A stretch of DNA of 42,031 nt, taken from IMG/VR virus record IMGVR_UViG_3300045988_162879; one strand, written 5' to 3'. Of the stretch, positions 26,154 through 34,822 are shown one piece after another; within the stretch, counting starts at the first letter, position 1; each line of letters begins with the position of its first letter. Source of the DNA: a virus. The position numbers and the translations under genes are program-made. The notes beneath the pieces were generated by a model, which did no database searches, had not been told where the DNA came from, and was given only the letters and a program-made list of their open reading frames with translations.

Positions 26154-26974
26154 TCTTTCACCTCATCAAATTGTATTTGTTCCGTGTTTATATTTGCAGT
26201 ACACATTATATTCAAAGATTTTTCCGGGTTTTCTTTATAGAATTTTTGAATATAATATTTTTCTCGTTCCAAAATGTTTTCAGTTTTTGGAACAATTTCT
26301 ATAACCTCAAACTTGTAATCTGTAATATTCTTGATAGGAAATCTTTCTGTTTTCAAATGTTGACCCCAACGAAAAACAGGTGCATACATTGTTTGCCCGA
26401 TATAAAATTCACCTGTTGACTTCTTCGAGATTTTATAGATATAGCCGGATATATCCTCTGTAAACATATCTCTTTGAATATAAAATTCTTGTTCATCATC
26501 GGGGCGTAATTTTGCGTGTTCTCGCTCCTCATATACTTGTTTACATTTGTGACAGCAAAAACGCTTTTTTGCATATTCTTCTATACCATAAAATCTATTT
26601 CTTACTTCATAGTCAGAGAAATATATCGCACTACCGTAGTAAGTTTCTACGATTGCACCACAACAGTCGCAAGTAAAAGTGACTTTATTGAAATATCGTT
26701 CTGTGTTATAACAATGCTCGCCGATGATAATGCAGTACAAATCTCCTGCTTTTAATTTTTTTGAGTAACGAAAAGCAATCGCTTGCCCATACTGTTCTTT
26801 AATTATTTCTTTGAATTGCTCCCTACTGTCACAGATTAGGCAGTCCATAAGAATTTCAGTATTTTCCACTTTACTCGTTGAAGAAAACAAACCAAAGCCT
26901 AAATCTTTTTCACGATTTTTTGCGGCTGTCTCTTTATCGGCAACCTCATAAATTCTGTAAATCACTTCAAGCAT
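26150..26974 (-). CDS. Fusion of an unknown N-terminal domain, a Cys-rich zinc ribbon and a C-terminal GIY-YIG nuclease
   Basis: SGYIYKISKKSTGEFYIGQT...FRWGQH...LEREKYYIQKF...SLN gives the GIY, YIG, R, E and N positions. The upstream Cys cluster is CDCCG...CCHKC. Confidence 0.7.
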   Translation of the reverse strand: MLEVIYRIYEVADKETAAKNREKDLGFGLFSSTSKVENTEILMDCLICDSREQFKEIIKEQYGQAIAFRYSKKLKAGDLYCIIIGEHCYNTERYFNKVTFTCDCCGAIVETYYGSAIYFSDYEVRNRFYGIEEYAKKRFCCHKCKQVYEEREHAKLRPDDEQEFYIQRDMFTEDISGYIYKISKKSTGEFYIGQTMYAPVFRWGQHLKTERFPIKNITDYKFEVIEIVPKTENILEREKYYIQKFYKENPEKSLNIMCTANINTEQIQFDEVKE

Positions 26975-27371
26975 CGTTAGTTACCTCAACCAATATGTAT
27001 TTGCCGTTTACTTTACAAGGCTTATTAGCATTTTCCTTAAAGCAAGCCTTACTTAGGACTAATGGGCAACAATATTCATCTAAATGCTTACAAAATTTAT
27101 GTTTTAACAACCACTTAGTGCAAAATTCGCCATTGGTCATAGCTCTTAACTTATGCTTGCGTTTTTTGCCACGGACATTTGTGTCCTTAGCAGAGTTTTC
27201 GTGTTCATCATATCTTTTCTTTATAAATTCTTCTATTTCATTAAAGTTTTCTTGTATAAATTGATTTTCTAACCATTCACAACTATAACTTGGAATACCC
27301 ATTCCATTAAATGAAAATTGCAAATTTTCCGCAGTCAATTTCACAAAATATCTTGCTAATTCTTTATTCAT
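26967..27371 (-). CDS. Hypothetical Cys-rich early protein
   Basis: 134-aa ORF coupled to its neighbours (ATGAATAA overlap). No motif recognised. Confidence 0.5.
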   Translation of the reverse strand: MNKELARYFVKLTAENLQFSFNGMGIPSYSCEWLENQFIQENFNEIEEFIKKRYDEHENSAKDTNVRGKKRKHKLRAMTNGEFCTKWLLKHKFCKHLDEYCCPLVLSKACFKENANKPCKVNGKYILVEVTNDA

Positions 27372-27540
27372 TACCGTTCAACTCCTTTAATGTTTCAATT
27401 ATTTTACTATCAATAGCGAAATAATCGCACTTATCAAACAAATTAACAAAAGTGCTAAATCGTTTACATCTTACTTGCTCAATATCGTTTGTTCTGTTAG
27501 GGTCACAATGTCTGCAAAACCTGCACTCTTTAGCGTTCAT
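27370..27540 (-). CDS. Small Cys-rich protein (56 aa, below the ORF-track cutoff)
   Basis: ATG at 27540 lies 8 nt after AAGGAG. The product is MNAKECRFCRHCDPNRTNDIEQVRCKRFSTFVNLFDKCDYFAIDSKIIETLKELNGNE. It fills the gap between two coupled genes. Confidence 0.5.
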
Positions 27541-27907
27541 TGTTCAACTCCTTTATCCTTTTTTCTACTTCCTCTGTGTTATATGAATTTTTACCGCAAA
27601 TATCTATTAGCGGAGTACCCCATTTATTCTTGTCGATATAAACAGTGGCATATCTTCCGTTGAATTTTTGAAGATATATATTGTCTGCAAACTTTCCATT
27701 AACAAGGTACTGTTCAATCATTGCGATAAAAGGCAGTTCAATAATGCGTGATTTGTCTCTGAAATGTAAACAATGTTTTTCAACATCATCACACTTCTTA
27801 TACATAATAGATGATATACTTACTTTGCCTTTTATAACAGGCAGAAAATCAATGCTGTTTATTCTTCTATGGCATACATCATAATGATAACAATCTTTAC
27901 AAGTCAT
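27530..27907 (-). CDS. Hypothetical Cys-rich early protein
   Basis: MTCKDCYHYDVCHRR.., 125 aa, coupled to its neighbours. Confidence 0.5.
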   Translation of the reverse strand: MTCKDCYHYDVCHRRINSIDFLPVIKGKVSISSIMYKKCDDVEKHCLHFRDKSRIIELPFIAMIEQYLVNGKFADNIYLQKFNGRYATVYIDKNKWGTPLIDICGKNSYNTEEVEKRIKELNNER

Positions 27908-28157
27908 TTTTTACCTCTTTAATTCCAAATACCACATATCCGTTTTTAAGCCCCCAACCGTTAAGAACATAAGTTATTTCATATACTTTGTCGGTTATAG
28001 GGTGCTTTACGAATGGGTCGCTTGGCTCATAAGGTTGAAAAACAACCCTGTCACCTTTTTGATAACCTCGGTCATTTTCTCGAATTTCAAATCTCTTATC
28101 TCCTGATAAAACATCATCACAGAAATTCAAAAGAAGTTTGATTTTATGTGTTTTCAT
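27897..28157 (-). CDS. DUF3850-like (ASCH/PUA-fold) protein
   Basis: KTHKIKLLLNFCDDVLSGDKRFEIRENDRGYQKGDRVVFQ. Confidence 0.6.
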   Translation of the reverse strand: MKTHKIKLLLNFCDDVLSGDKRFEIRENDRGYQKGDRVVFQPYEPSDPFVKHPITDKVYEITYVLNGWGLKNGYVVFGIKEVKNDL

Positions 28158-28163
28158 TTTTCA

Positions 28164-28532
28164 TCACCTCTGACACTCTTCTTTCCATTTGGAAACAATG
28201 CAATTGTTGCATTGAAACTCATTACAGTAATCGCATAGATTTACATCATCATTAAATGCAGCGGCAAATATCCTTTTAAAATTTGGAATATCAATTGTTC
28301 TTTCGGGCGCTAACAATTCAAGAACCTTTTTCAAGTAACCTGTTGCGTTAAAATCACCGAAAATATCCGCTTTTCCAACCTGTTCTTTTGTTTCAGAATC
28401 GAGTACACCGACAATAACGCAATTACCGCTATCATCACTCACAAATTTAGGCTCGGTCTGTTCAGTTACATTTCCATTATTGTCAGCCATTCTACAACCC
28501 AAATAGAAATTGCCTTTTTCTAAAAATATCAT
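28164..28532 (-). CDS. Hypothetical early protein
   Basis: ORF with RBS GAGGTGA. The C-terminal Cys cluster is CDYCNEFQCNNC. Confidence 0.5.
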   Translation of the reverse strand: MIFLEKGNFYLGCRMADNNGNVTEQTEPKFVSDDSGNCVIVGVLDSETKEQVGKADIFGDFNATGYLKKVLELLAPERTIDIPNFKRIFAAAFNDDVNLCDYCNEFQCNNCIVSKWKEECQR

Positions 28533-28541
28533 CAAATCACC

Positions 28542-30233
28542 TCACCCTGCTGCTACTGCGTTAAATTCTTTCATATTGTCGCAAGATTTATCACACAGCC
28601 ATTTACAGTTTGCCATAACAAGCGCTTTAGAAAACGGAGGCGGTACTGCGTTACCGCACCTTGCTACTTGCTTTGTCTTGTTGTATTCCCTGCCGTTGCA
28701 ATCCTTATCAATGATGTAATCATCCGGGAAGCCCTGAGCCTTGTATAATTCTTTCGGTTGTAGCATTCGCAAGCCTATATCGGATATAAAATATTCAACT
28801 CCGTCAATGCAGAAAATAAGCACCTGATTAGCTGATATATTCCAATCTGTATAGGTGTTGAGTAACTCTCTTATTTCACCCCAATGTCCGAGGTTTTGGC
28901 TATCGTATTTTCTCAAATAAACATCCGTTTTTGCAAAGTGATTTGCGTGTGCTGTTATAGTTGGAAGCGGCTCATTTAATGCCTTGCAGTCCATATTTCT
29001 GCGGAGTATCGTCAAATAACTTTCGCATAAGAAATGCCGAGGCTTAACAGTTACTGTTTGCAAAGGATTTAAAACGCTGTTAGCGTGGTCTGCACCGCCG
29101 TAATACTGCGTTAGATATGGCATAGTCAGCGAATTATGGTCTATTGCCGTAACGGTTGGTAATGGTTTATCAATTTTGCTTCCGACAACACCGCCAAAGT
29201 ATTTAGAAAGATACGGTGTAAAAAGAGCATATCTCGGAGTGCTATCAACGGTAAAAAGAGGCTGATTAACTCGCTGTCCTCTCACTTCCGATTTAGCTGT
29301 TTCACTGTGATATTGAATAAGTGCAGGAGAAACATAAGCAAAACCGTGTTTTGATGTGATGGTTGGTACTTGCTTATCGAGTTTTTGTCCTCTTGTTTCC
29401 TTTCCGCTATGGTTAATTTGTTCAAGATACGGTAAATAACTATTATGAATGATAAACGGCTTTTCTTCCTTAATCACAAATTTGTCAAGTTCTCTTGCAA
29501 TTCGCCTTAAAGTATTCGTTACAAGCGGCTTTTTGCGCTCAAAAATGCTTTGAGCAGGCAGAGAAAAATCTATACAGTCGGCGGCGGTTTTCCATGGCTT
29601 AAGCTTGCCACTCTTAACTTCTTCGCTATTTGGGTCACCGTGTGTAGGTTCAGGAAATACTATAGATTCACCGTCACACCTTGCAACAAGAAAGAATCTT
29701 TTTCTTATAGTCGGTGCGCCATAGTCGCAGGCTCTCAATTCCCTATGCTCAATTTCGTATCCGAGTGCCGAAAGTTGATTTTTCCAACGCTCAAAGGTTT
29801 GTCCCTGCTTTGACTTAACCGGCTTACCCTTACGCACAGGACCCCAAGTTTGAAACTCCTCTACATTTTCAAGGATAATCACCCTTGGTCTTACCGTCCC
29901 TGCCCATTTGAGCACAATCCACGCAAGCCCTCTTATATTTTTATCGACAGGCTTACCGCCTTTCGCCTTGCTGAAGTGCTTGCAGTCAGGAGAAAACCAA
30001 GCAAGTCCTACCTTATGACCTTGGCATATTTCCTTTGGGTTAATATCCCATACGCTCTCTTGATAATGGCGAGTGTATGGGTGATTTGCTTTGTGCATTG
30101 CAATAGCATCCGGGTCATGGTTAATCGCTATGTCAACCGGGCGACCTGTTGCGAGTTCAATTCCGCAGGAAGCACCACCGCCACCTGCAAAGTTGTCAAT
30201 AATCAATTCATCAAGAAAGTTTAGTTGTCTCAT
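28542..30233 (-). CDS. DNA (cytosine-5) methyltransferase
   Basis: Motif I is DNFAGGGGAS, the PC motif is WFSPDCKHFSKAKG, and ILENVEEF (ENV) follows. The C-terminus has QGFPDDY and GNAVPPP. Confidence 0.85.
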   Translation of the reverse strand: MRQLNFLDELIIDNFAGGGGASCGIELATGRPVDIAINHDPDAIAMHKANHPYTRHYQESVWDINPKEICQGHKVGLAWFSPDCKHFSKAKGGKPVDKNIRGLAWIVLKWAGTVRPRVIILENVEEFQTWGPVRKGKPVKSKQGQTFERWKNQLSALGYEIEHRELRACDYGAPTIRKRFFLVARCDGESIVFPEPTHGDPNSEEVKSGKLKPWKTAADCIDFSLPAQSIFERKKPLVTNTLRRIARELDKFVIKEEKPFIIHNSYLPYLEQINHSGKETRGQKLDKQVPTITSKHGFAYVSPALIQYHSETAKSEVRGQRVNQPLFTVDSTPRYALFTPYLSKYFGGVVGSKIDKPLPTVTAIDHNSLTMPYLTQYYGGADHANSVLNPLQTVTVKPRHFLCESYLTILRRNMDCKALNEPLPTITAHANHFAKTDVYLRKYDSQNLGHWGEIRELLNTYTDWNISANQVLIFCIDGVEYFISDIGLRMLQPKELYKAQGFPDDYIIDKDCNGREYNKTKQVARCGNAVPPPFSKALVMANCKWLCDKSCDNMKEFNAVAAG

Positions 30234-30381
30234 TATCTTTCAACCTTTCTTTTAGTTCCTTTTCCGTTTCTTGGTGTATTAAATTCATAATTGATAAGCT
30301 CGCATTTCGGTCGAGTAATCGCCAACATAAAATGCTTTCAAAAATGATAAATACAGTTAAAATTATTATTACTATTCTCAT
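30211..30381 (-). CDS. Small protein with an N-terminal TM helix (56 aa, below the ORF-track cutoff)
   Basis: ATG at 30381 follows TAGGAGA with a short spacer. The product is MRIVIIILTVFIIFESILCWRLL.., then a charged tail. It ends 22 nt inside the C5-MTase gene. Confidence 0.35.
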   Translation of the reverse strand: MRIVIIILTVFIIFESILCWRLLDRNASLSIMNLIHQETEKELKERLKDNETTKLS

Positions 30382-30429
30382 AAATCTCCTATATTGCCCG
30401 ATGTGTGTCAGTCTTTAATAAAGAGGTGG

Positions 30430-30463
30430 AAAGTCAACGCCTACTACTCACATTGACTTTTTT
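30430..30463 (+). terminator. Hairpin with a T-run on the plus strand (antisense to the local operon)
   Basis: AAAGTCAA-(15 nt)-TTGACTTT, then TTTGCG on the plus strand. On the minus strand only TTT follows before CC. The large loop weakens the call. Confidence 0.3.
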
Positions 30464-30587
30464 GCGTATAAAAAATAATTTGGAATTTTAAGATATCAGT
30501 ATTAACTGAAAAAATAGTTGCTCGAGATATTTCTCTACTACATATAAAAACCACATTCATAAAAGAACTGGCACCACATCGCTGTTA

Positions 30588-33077
30588 CTAAACTACAAAA
30601 TCGAATAATGTCGGCATTTCTACCGTGTTTTCTGCTTCTTGTAAATATCCGACACCGTCACGAAAATAATCGGGTGACAATTCACATCCTATACCGTATC
30701 TGTGCATTTTCACGGCCATATACGGCACAGTCATAAGACCTCCGAAAGGGTCATATACTGTTTCATTTTCAGCAGAAAATCTGTTTATGATTCTTTCGAC
30801 TATATCAAGTTGCAAAGGACATATGTGCATTTCCTTGTTTCGTTGACATTGTGTCGTATTAAGGGTTCGCATACGGTTAATATCATCCCATACACTCATA
30901 TCCCAACTGCCCGGTGCTATAACCATAAACGCCGCAGGTAATTTACCCTCTTTATCAAGGTCATTTGCAAGTTTTATATGTTCGTCGTAGTTATAAACAT
31001 TGTTACGAGAAAAATCACGATATATTTTTGTTAATTTTCCAACTTCGATATTTTTCAATTCATCTTTGGACAAAAGTCTGTCACCCGAAGAACGCCAAAA
31101 AGCGTGGGCGTCAATTTGCCATTGACCTCGTGTGTATTTTTCTTTATCTTTTTCAACAGGCCTGTCTGCATAAGCCTTTGAAGTATCTGTCGGCAATTTT
31201 CTAAAAAGCAAAATATATTCGGGACATCCGACGCCCATTTTTGTGCCGTCCTTGCAATTTTCAGTCCATCCCAAACGGTATGTTTGATTATTTTCTCTTA
31301 CAACATCTGTCACAACAGTAATCATTCCCATATATTGAAAACCGTGTCGCATATAATGCTTAATGGCGTCTGCGTGAAAAGGCTCTATGGTCGGCATTCC
31401 TGTGCCTGTTGCGTTACCAAACAACACTCGGTCTTTAATATGGCAAGCAAATACCCTGCCCGGTTTAAGCACTCTTAGCAATTGTGGGCTTAAATAATCC
31501 ATCTGTTCAAAAAACTTATCGTCATTTTCGTTATGGCCGAAATCATTATAATTTGCAGAATATTCATAGTGATTACCGAAAGGTATTGATGTGCAAATTA
31601 AATCAACACTGTTGTCGCTCATATTGATAGTTTCCTTAACACAATCATTAAGAATAGCCGTATAATGCTCCCCTTCTACTTTCACTCTCTCAACTCCTTT
31701 TGCTCTTGTCATAATATTTGCATATTCTATATTCAAGCCGTAATCCTTGATGATTTTGCTCATTGTCTCTTGAAGTTCATTATGCCTTTTCCATTTAGCC
31801 ATAAGGTCTTGATATACAGCTTCTTCGGCATCGGTAAAAATGATATCGATAATTACATCTTCCGTCTGCAAAAATCTGTAAATACGGTGTACTGCCTGAA
31901 TAAAATCATTAAATTTATGGTCAATTCCTACAAATATTGCTCTGTGGCAGGCTTTTTGGAAATTACAGCCACTGCCTGAAATGCACTTTTTTGTTGCAAA
32001 TAATTTCGTTCTACCCTCGGCAAAATCAACAAGCCTTTGTCGGCGTATTTCCATATCCATAGAACCATAAATATCAACAACACCTTGAATAGTTCTTTTG
32101 ATTTCCTTTCGCTCTTCTTCTCGGTCGTGCCAAATAATAAAATGGTCGTTAGGATTTGCTTCAATAATTTCCTTTGCTTTAGCAACTCTTGCCTTAATTG
32201 ACAATTTCTTTTCTTTTGCTTCTTCAACAAGCGAATTATTTGTATCAAGCAACAATTTAGTTTGACCGTCTTTTTCGCAAGGAGCCTCTTCATAAACGCT
32301 TTTAACAATATGCTTGTTAATATGCATCGGAGGCAAAATATATCCCTCATCGCTAAACCCTAAATCCGACGGTTTTGTTACAAACAATGCCCAACTTGCA
32401 AGCCACAGCCAAAACTCTTTTTCACGCTTAGGATATAGTGTCAAATTATTTGCCTTAGTGCTGTCACGCTTGAAGAACCTTGTCAAAGCCTGTCCTGTGT
32501 CCATTATTTCGAGATATCCGCCATAATGAATAAGTTCCTTGTATCTGTTTGGTGACGGTGTCGCAGTATTAACGAATTTGTACTTTACACCCTTGAACAT
32601 ATCAAGAAACGACTGATATGTTTTACTGCCAAAAGAACGAAGAACCGACGCCTCATCAAGAGAAGTGGCAGTGAATTGTTTAACATCAACCTTACCTTCT
32701 CTCACACTCTCATAGTTGGTTATGAAAAGCATAGAATCGTTATTTTTCACCTCTTCATTACTGCGAATAAACACAGGTGGCGCTATTTTCAAAATATTCA
32801 CAGCGTCGTTATCAAACTCGGGCATAACATCAAACGGAGCAACAATTAAGGCTTTGCCGCCTTTATGTTGAGTTATCAAATGCAATATTTCAAGTTGAAT
32901 TACAGTCTTTCCTAAACCAAAATTAGCAAATATTGCCCTACGACCTCCTGCTATTGCCCATTTAACGGCTATTTTTTGATGAGGCTTTAAATTCGTGCAT
33001 ATCTCTTCATCGGCAACATCAAAGCCTGTTTTAGGTGCTATCTGTACCTTGCTGTTTATAAATTCCTCATATGTCAT
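30588..33077 (-). CDS. SNF2-type helicase fused to an N6/N4 DNA methyltransferase
   Basis: Helicase motifs: FGLGKT, SLDEAS, NTATPSPN, QAVHRIYR. MTase motifs: DLICTSIPFG (motif IV-like), then HICPLQLDIVERII and VYDPFGGLMT (motif I). TAG stop. Confidence 0.8.
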   Translation of the reverse strand: MTYEEFINSKVQIAPKTGFDVADEEICTNLKPHQKIAVKWAIAGGRRAIFANFGLGKTVIQLEILHLITQHKGGKALIVAPFDVMPEFDNDAVNILKIAPPVFIRSNEEVKNNDSMLFITNYESVREGKVDVKQFTATSLDEASVLRSFGSKTYQSFLDMFKGVKYKFVNTATPSPNRYKELIHYGGYLEIMDTGQALTRFFKRDSTKANNLTLYPKREKEFWLWLASWALFVTKPSDLGFSDEGYILPPMHINKHIVKSVYEEAPCEKDGQTKLLLDTNNSLVEEAKEKKLSIKARVAKAKEIIEANPNDHFIIWHDREEERKEIKRTIQGVVDIYGSMDMEIRRQRLVDFAEGRTKLFATKKCISGSGCNFQKACHRAIFVGIDHKFNDFIQAVHRIYRFLQTEDVIIDIIFTDAEEAVYQDLMAKWKRHNELQETMSKIIKDYGLNIEYANIMTRAKGVERVKVEGEHYTAILNDCVKETINMSDNSVDLICTSIPFGNHYEYSANYNDFGHNENDDKFFEQMDYLSPQLLRVLKPGRVFACHIKDRVLFGNATGTGMPTIEPFHADAIKHYMRHGFQYMGMITVVTDVVRENNQTYRLGWTENCKDGTKMGVGCPEYILLFRKLPTDTSKAYADRPVEKDKEKYTRGQWQIDAHAFWRSSGDRLLSKDELKNIEVGKLTKIYRDFSRNNVYNYDEHIKLANDLDKEGKLPAAFMVIAPGSWDMSVWDDINRMRTLNTTQCQRNKEMHICPLQLDIVERIINRFSAENETVYDPFGGLMTVPYMAVKMHRYGIGCELSPDYFRDGVGYLQEAENTVEMPTLFDFVV

Positions 33078-33450
33078 CGCTTTTCTGCCTTTCTATGTAA
33101 ACTTCTGTACGAGGATTTGACTTGTCGTATAAAACTCTGCTTCCGTCGTGAGATGCGATGATATTAAAATTGTCATCATCAAGTAACCCTGCTTTAACCA
33201 TTACATCGTCAATACATTCAAGCATATTTGTCAGGTCACACTTTCTATGTGTAGGCATATAGAAAAGGCACTTAACATTAACAGGGTAATCAACACATTC
33301 AGCCCTTGGAATAAACCACAATGCGCTTTTTTCATATTGCTTATATTCTTGCGACGGACTGATAAAAGGCTTTCCTGTCGCTTTGTTCACTAATATACGC
33401 TGATGATTTTTCTTGCTTATCGGAATAAGTGGAACAGTGAATTTAATCAT
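33067..33450 (-). CDS. rusA: RusA-like Holliday junction resolvase
   Basis: PISKKNHQRI...CDLTNMLECIDDVMVKAGLLDDDNFNI. Confidence 0.75.
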   Translation of the reverse strand: MIKFTVPLIPISKKNHQRILVNKATGKPFISPSQEYKQYEKSALWFIPRAECVDYPVNVKCLFYMPTHRKCDLTNMLECIDDVMVKAGLLDDDNFNIIASHDGSRVLYDKSNPRTEVYIERQKSDDI

Positions 33451-33469
33451 TTTAGTTCTCCTTGATTTT

Positions 33470-34150
33470 TTAAATAAAAATGTCGTTGCTTTTTAGGTTG
33501 CCGTCTTTGATAGCCCACTCCAAAATCGTCTTAAACGGTTCTTTGCAATCGGTGTATTTTTCAATTTTTTTGCAATAGTCGTTTAATGCAAATTCATTGA
33601 CAATCATATACAGCTTGTCATATTCGGCTATCGTTAAGACTGTACCGGGATAATATTCGGTCATTTCTTCTTCGTCATATTGCGACCAATCAAAGCTCGA
33701 TTTATCGCAAGTAAGTAAGTTAGTAGATATATCATTATTACATTCTTTCATTATTACATTCTTGTTTGTTGTTATTTGATTGTTATTTGATTGTTGATTG
33801 TTTGTTAGTTGATTGTTAGATTGAGTATCACTAACGCTTGTAAAGTCTTGATAAACCGTGTAATTAAGCACTATTATCAATGTATTTTTGTTAGTTGATT
33901 GTTTGTTAATTTCGCCTGTTTTTTCTAAATGTTTTAAAGCCGTTCTTACTTGCTGTGTAGACAGTCCGTTTCTGCTTGCTATTGATGCAACAGAAGTAAC
34001 GAGAGAGCCTCTTTTTATAACCTGTCCGTGCCAACAGTTATCTTGATGATTTGCATTTAATAACAGGTCGATAAAAACTTTAAAAACAACAGGATTGTCA
34101 TACCATTCCCAATCAGCCAACTTACGATATAATTTAATCCAACCCTCCAT
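33470..34150 (-). CDS. Replisome organizer/replication initiator-like protein (N-terminal winged HTH)
   Basis: MEGWIKLYRKLADWEWYDNPVVFKVFIDLLLNANH..RGSLVTSVASIASRNGLSTQQVRTALKHLEKTGEI. A Q/N-rich linker is encoded by DNA repeats. Confidence 0.65.
   Translation of the reverse strand: MEGWIKLYRKLADWEWYDNPVVFKVFIDLLLNANHQDNCWHGQVIKRGSLVTSVASIASRNGLSTQQVRTALKHLEKTGEINKQSTNKNTLIIVLNYTVYQDFTSVSDTQSNNQLTNNQQSNNNQITTNKNVIMKECNNDISTNLLTCDKSSFDWSQYDEEEMTEYYPGTVLTIAEYDKLYMIVNEFALNDYCKKIEKYTDCKEPFKTILEWAIKDGNLKSNDIFI
33732..33823. repeat. Dense direct-repeat block inside the organizer gene (candidate origin iterons)
   Basis: TCATTATTACATTCTT occurs twice (33732..33763), GTTATTTGATT twice (33771..33792), followed by TTGATTG/TTAGTTGATTG units. 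The 16-bp unit is not a multiple of 3. Confidence 0.6.
33888..33903. repeat. Exact 16-nt copy of TTGTTAGTTGATTGTT (also at 33802..33817)
   Basis: Read directly. The two copies are 86 bp apart. Confidence 0.6.
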
Positions 34151-34154
34151 AACA

Positions 34155-34379
34155 TCAACTTTCTTTCATGTAATAACGCTTATACCTACAATGCTCTCCA
34201 AAGCGATTTATTCCGTTTTCCCATTCATCCGATATAGGATAGCCTTTTTCTCTCAATTCGCTTATACGCTTGCGTGGGTCGCCTATTCCGAGGTGTTCCT
34301 GAGCCTCTTTGACCGTTATGCTTCCGTATTCTTCAATATAACCAATAATTCTGTTTTTTTGCTTTGCTATTCTGCTCAT
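34155..34379 (-). CDS. Small winged-helix/HTH DNA-binding protein
   Basis: Start at MSRIAKQKN (ATG 34379) after GAGGTGA. The motif is ITVKEAQEHLGIGDPRKRISELREKGYPI. Confidence 0.55.
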   Translation of the reverse strand: MSRIAKQKNRIIGYIEEYGSITVKEAQEHLGIGDPRKRISELREKGYPISDEWENGINRFGEHCRYKRYYMKES

Positions 34380-34390
34380 AGTTTCACCTC

Positions 34391-34822
34391 TCAAAACGGT
34401 AAATCGTCGTCATCATCGACAATTTCTTCAAAGTCCGAACTGTCAGCTGTTGCATAAGTCTGCGGTGGTTGTGAAAACGCAGGATTTGTACCTTGATTTT
34501 CAGCCTTTGAGCCGCAGAAAGAAACTTTATTTGCAACAACCTCTACGGATTTTCTCTTATTACCGTCACGGTCAGTAAAATTATTTGTTTGTATAGAGCC
34601 CTCGACAGCAATCATTGAACCCTTGTGGAAATAACGAGAAATAAATTCAGCAGTCTGTCGCCAAGCAACCACGTCAATAAAATCAGCCTGTCTGTCTTGT
34701 CCTTGTGGCTGATAATTTCTGTCAACAGCCATTTGAAAACGAATAACAGAAATGCCGCTTTGACTTGATTTCAATTCAGGTTCGTATGTTAATCTGCCCA
34801 TAAGGACAACGGAGTTAATCAT
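34391..34822 (-). CDS. ssb: Single-stranded DNA-binding protein
   Basis: MINSVVLMGRLTYEPELK..FIDVVAWRQTAE..., acidic tail DDDDDLPF. It has an ATGA overlap with the upstream gene. Confidence 0.9.
   Translation of the reverse strand: MINSVVLMGRLTYEPELKSSQSGISVIRFQMAVDRNYQPQGQDRQADFIDVVAWRQTAEFISRYFHKGSMIAVEGSIQTNNFTDRDGNKRKSVEVVANKVSFCGSKAENQGTNPAFSQPPQTYATADSSDFEEIVDDDDDLPF

Noticed and set aside
33732-33823. Repeat block as a CRISPR array or a random microsatellite.
   Set aside because: The units are 7-16 bp and contiguous with no spacers, and there are no cas genes. They sit inside the replication-organizer ORF, which fits iterons.
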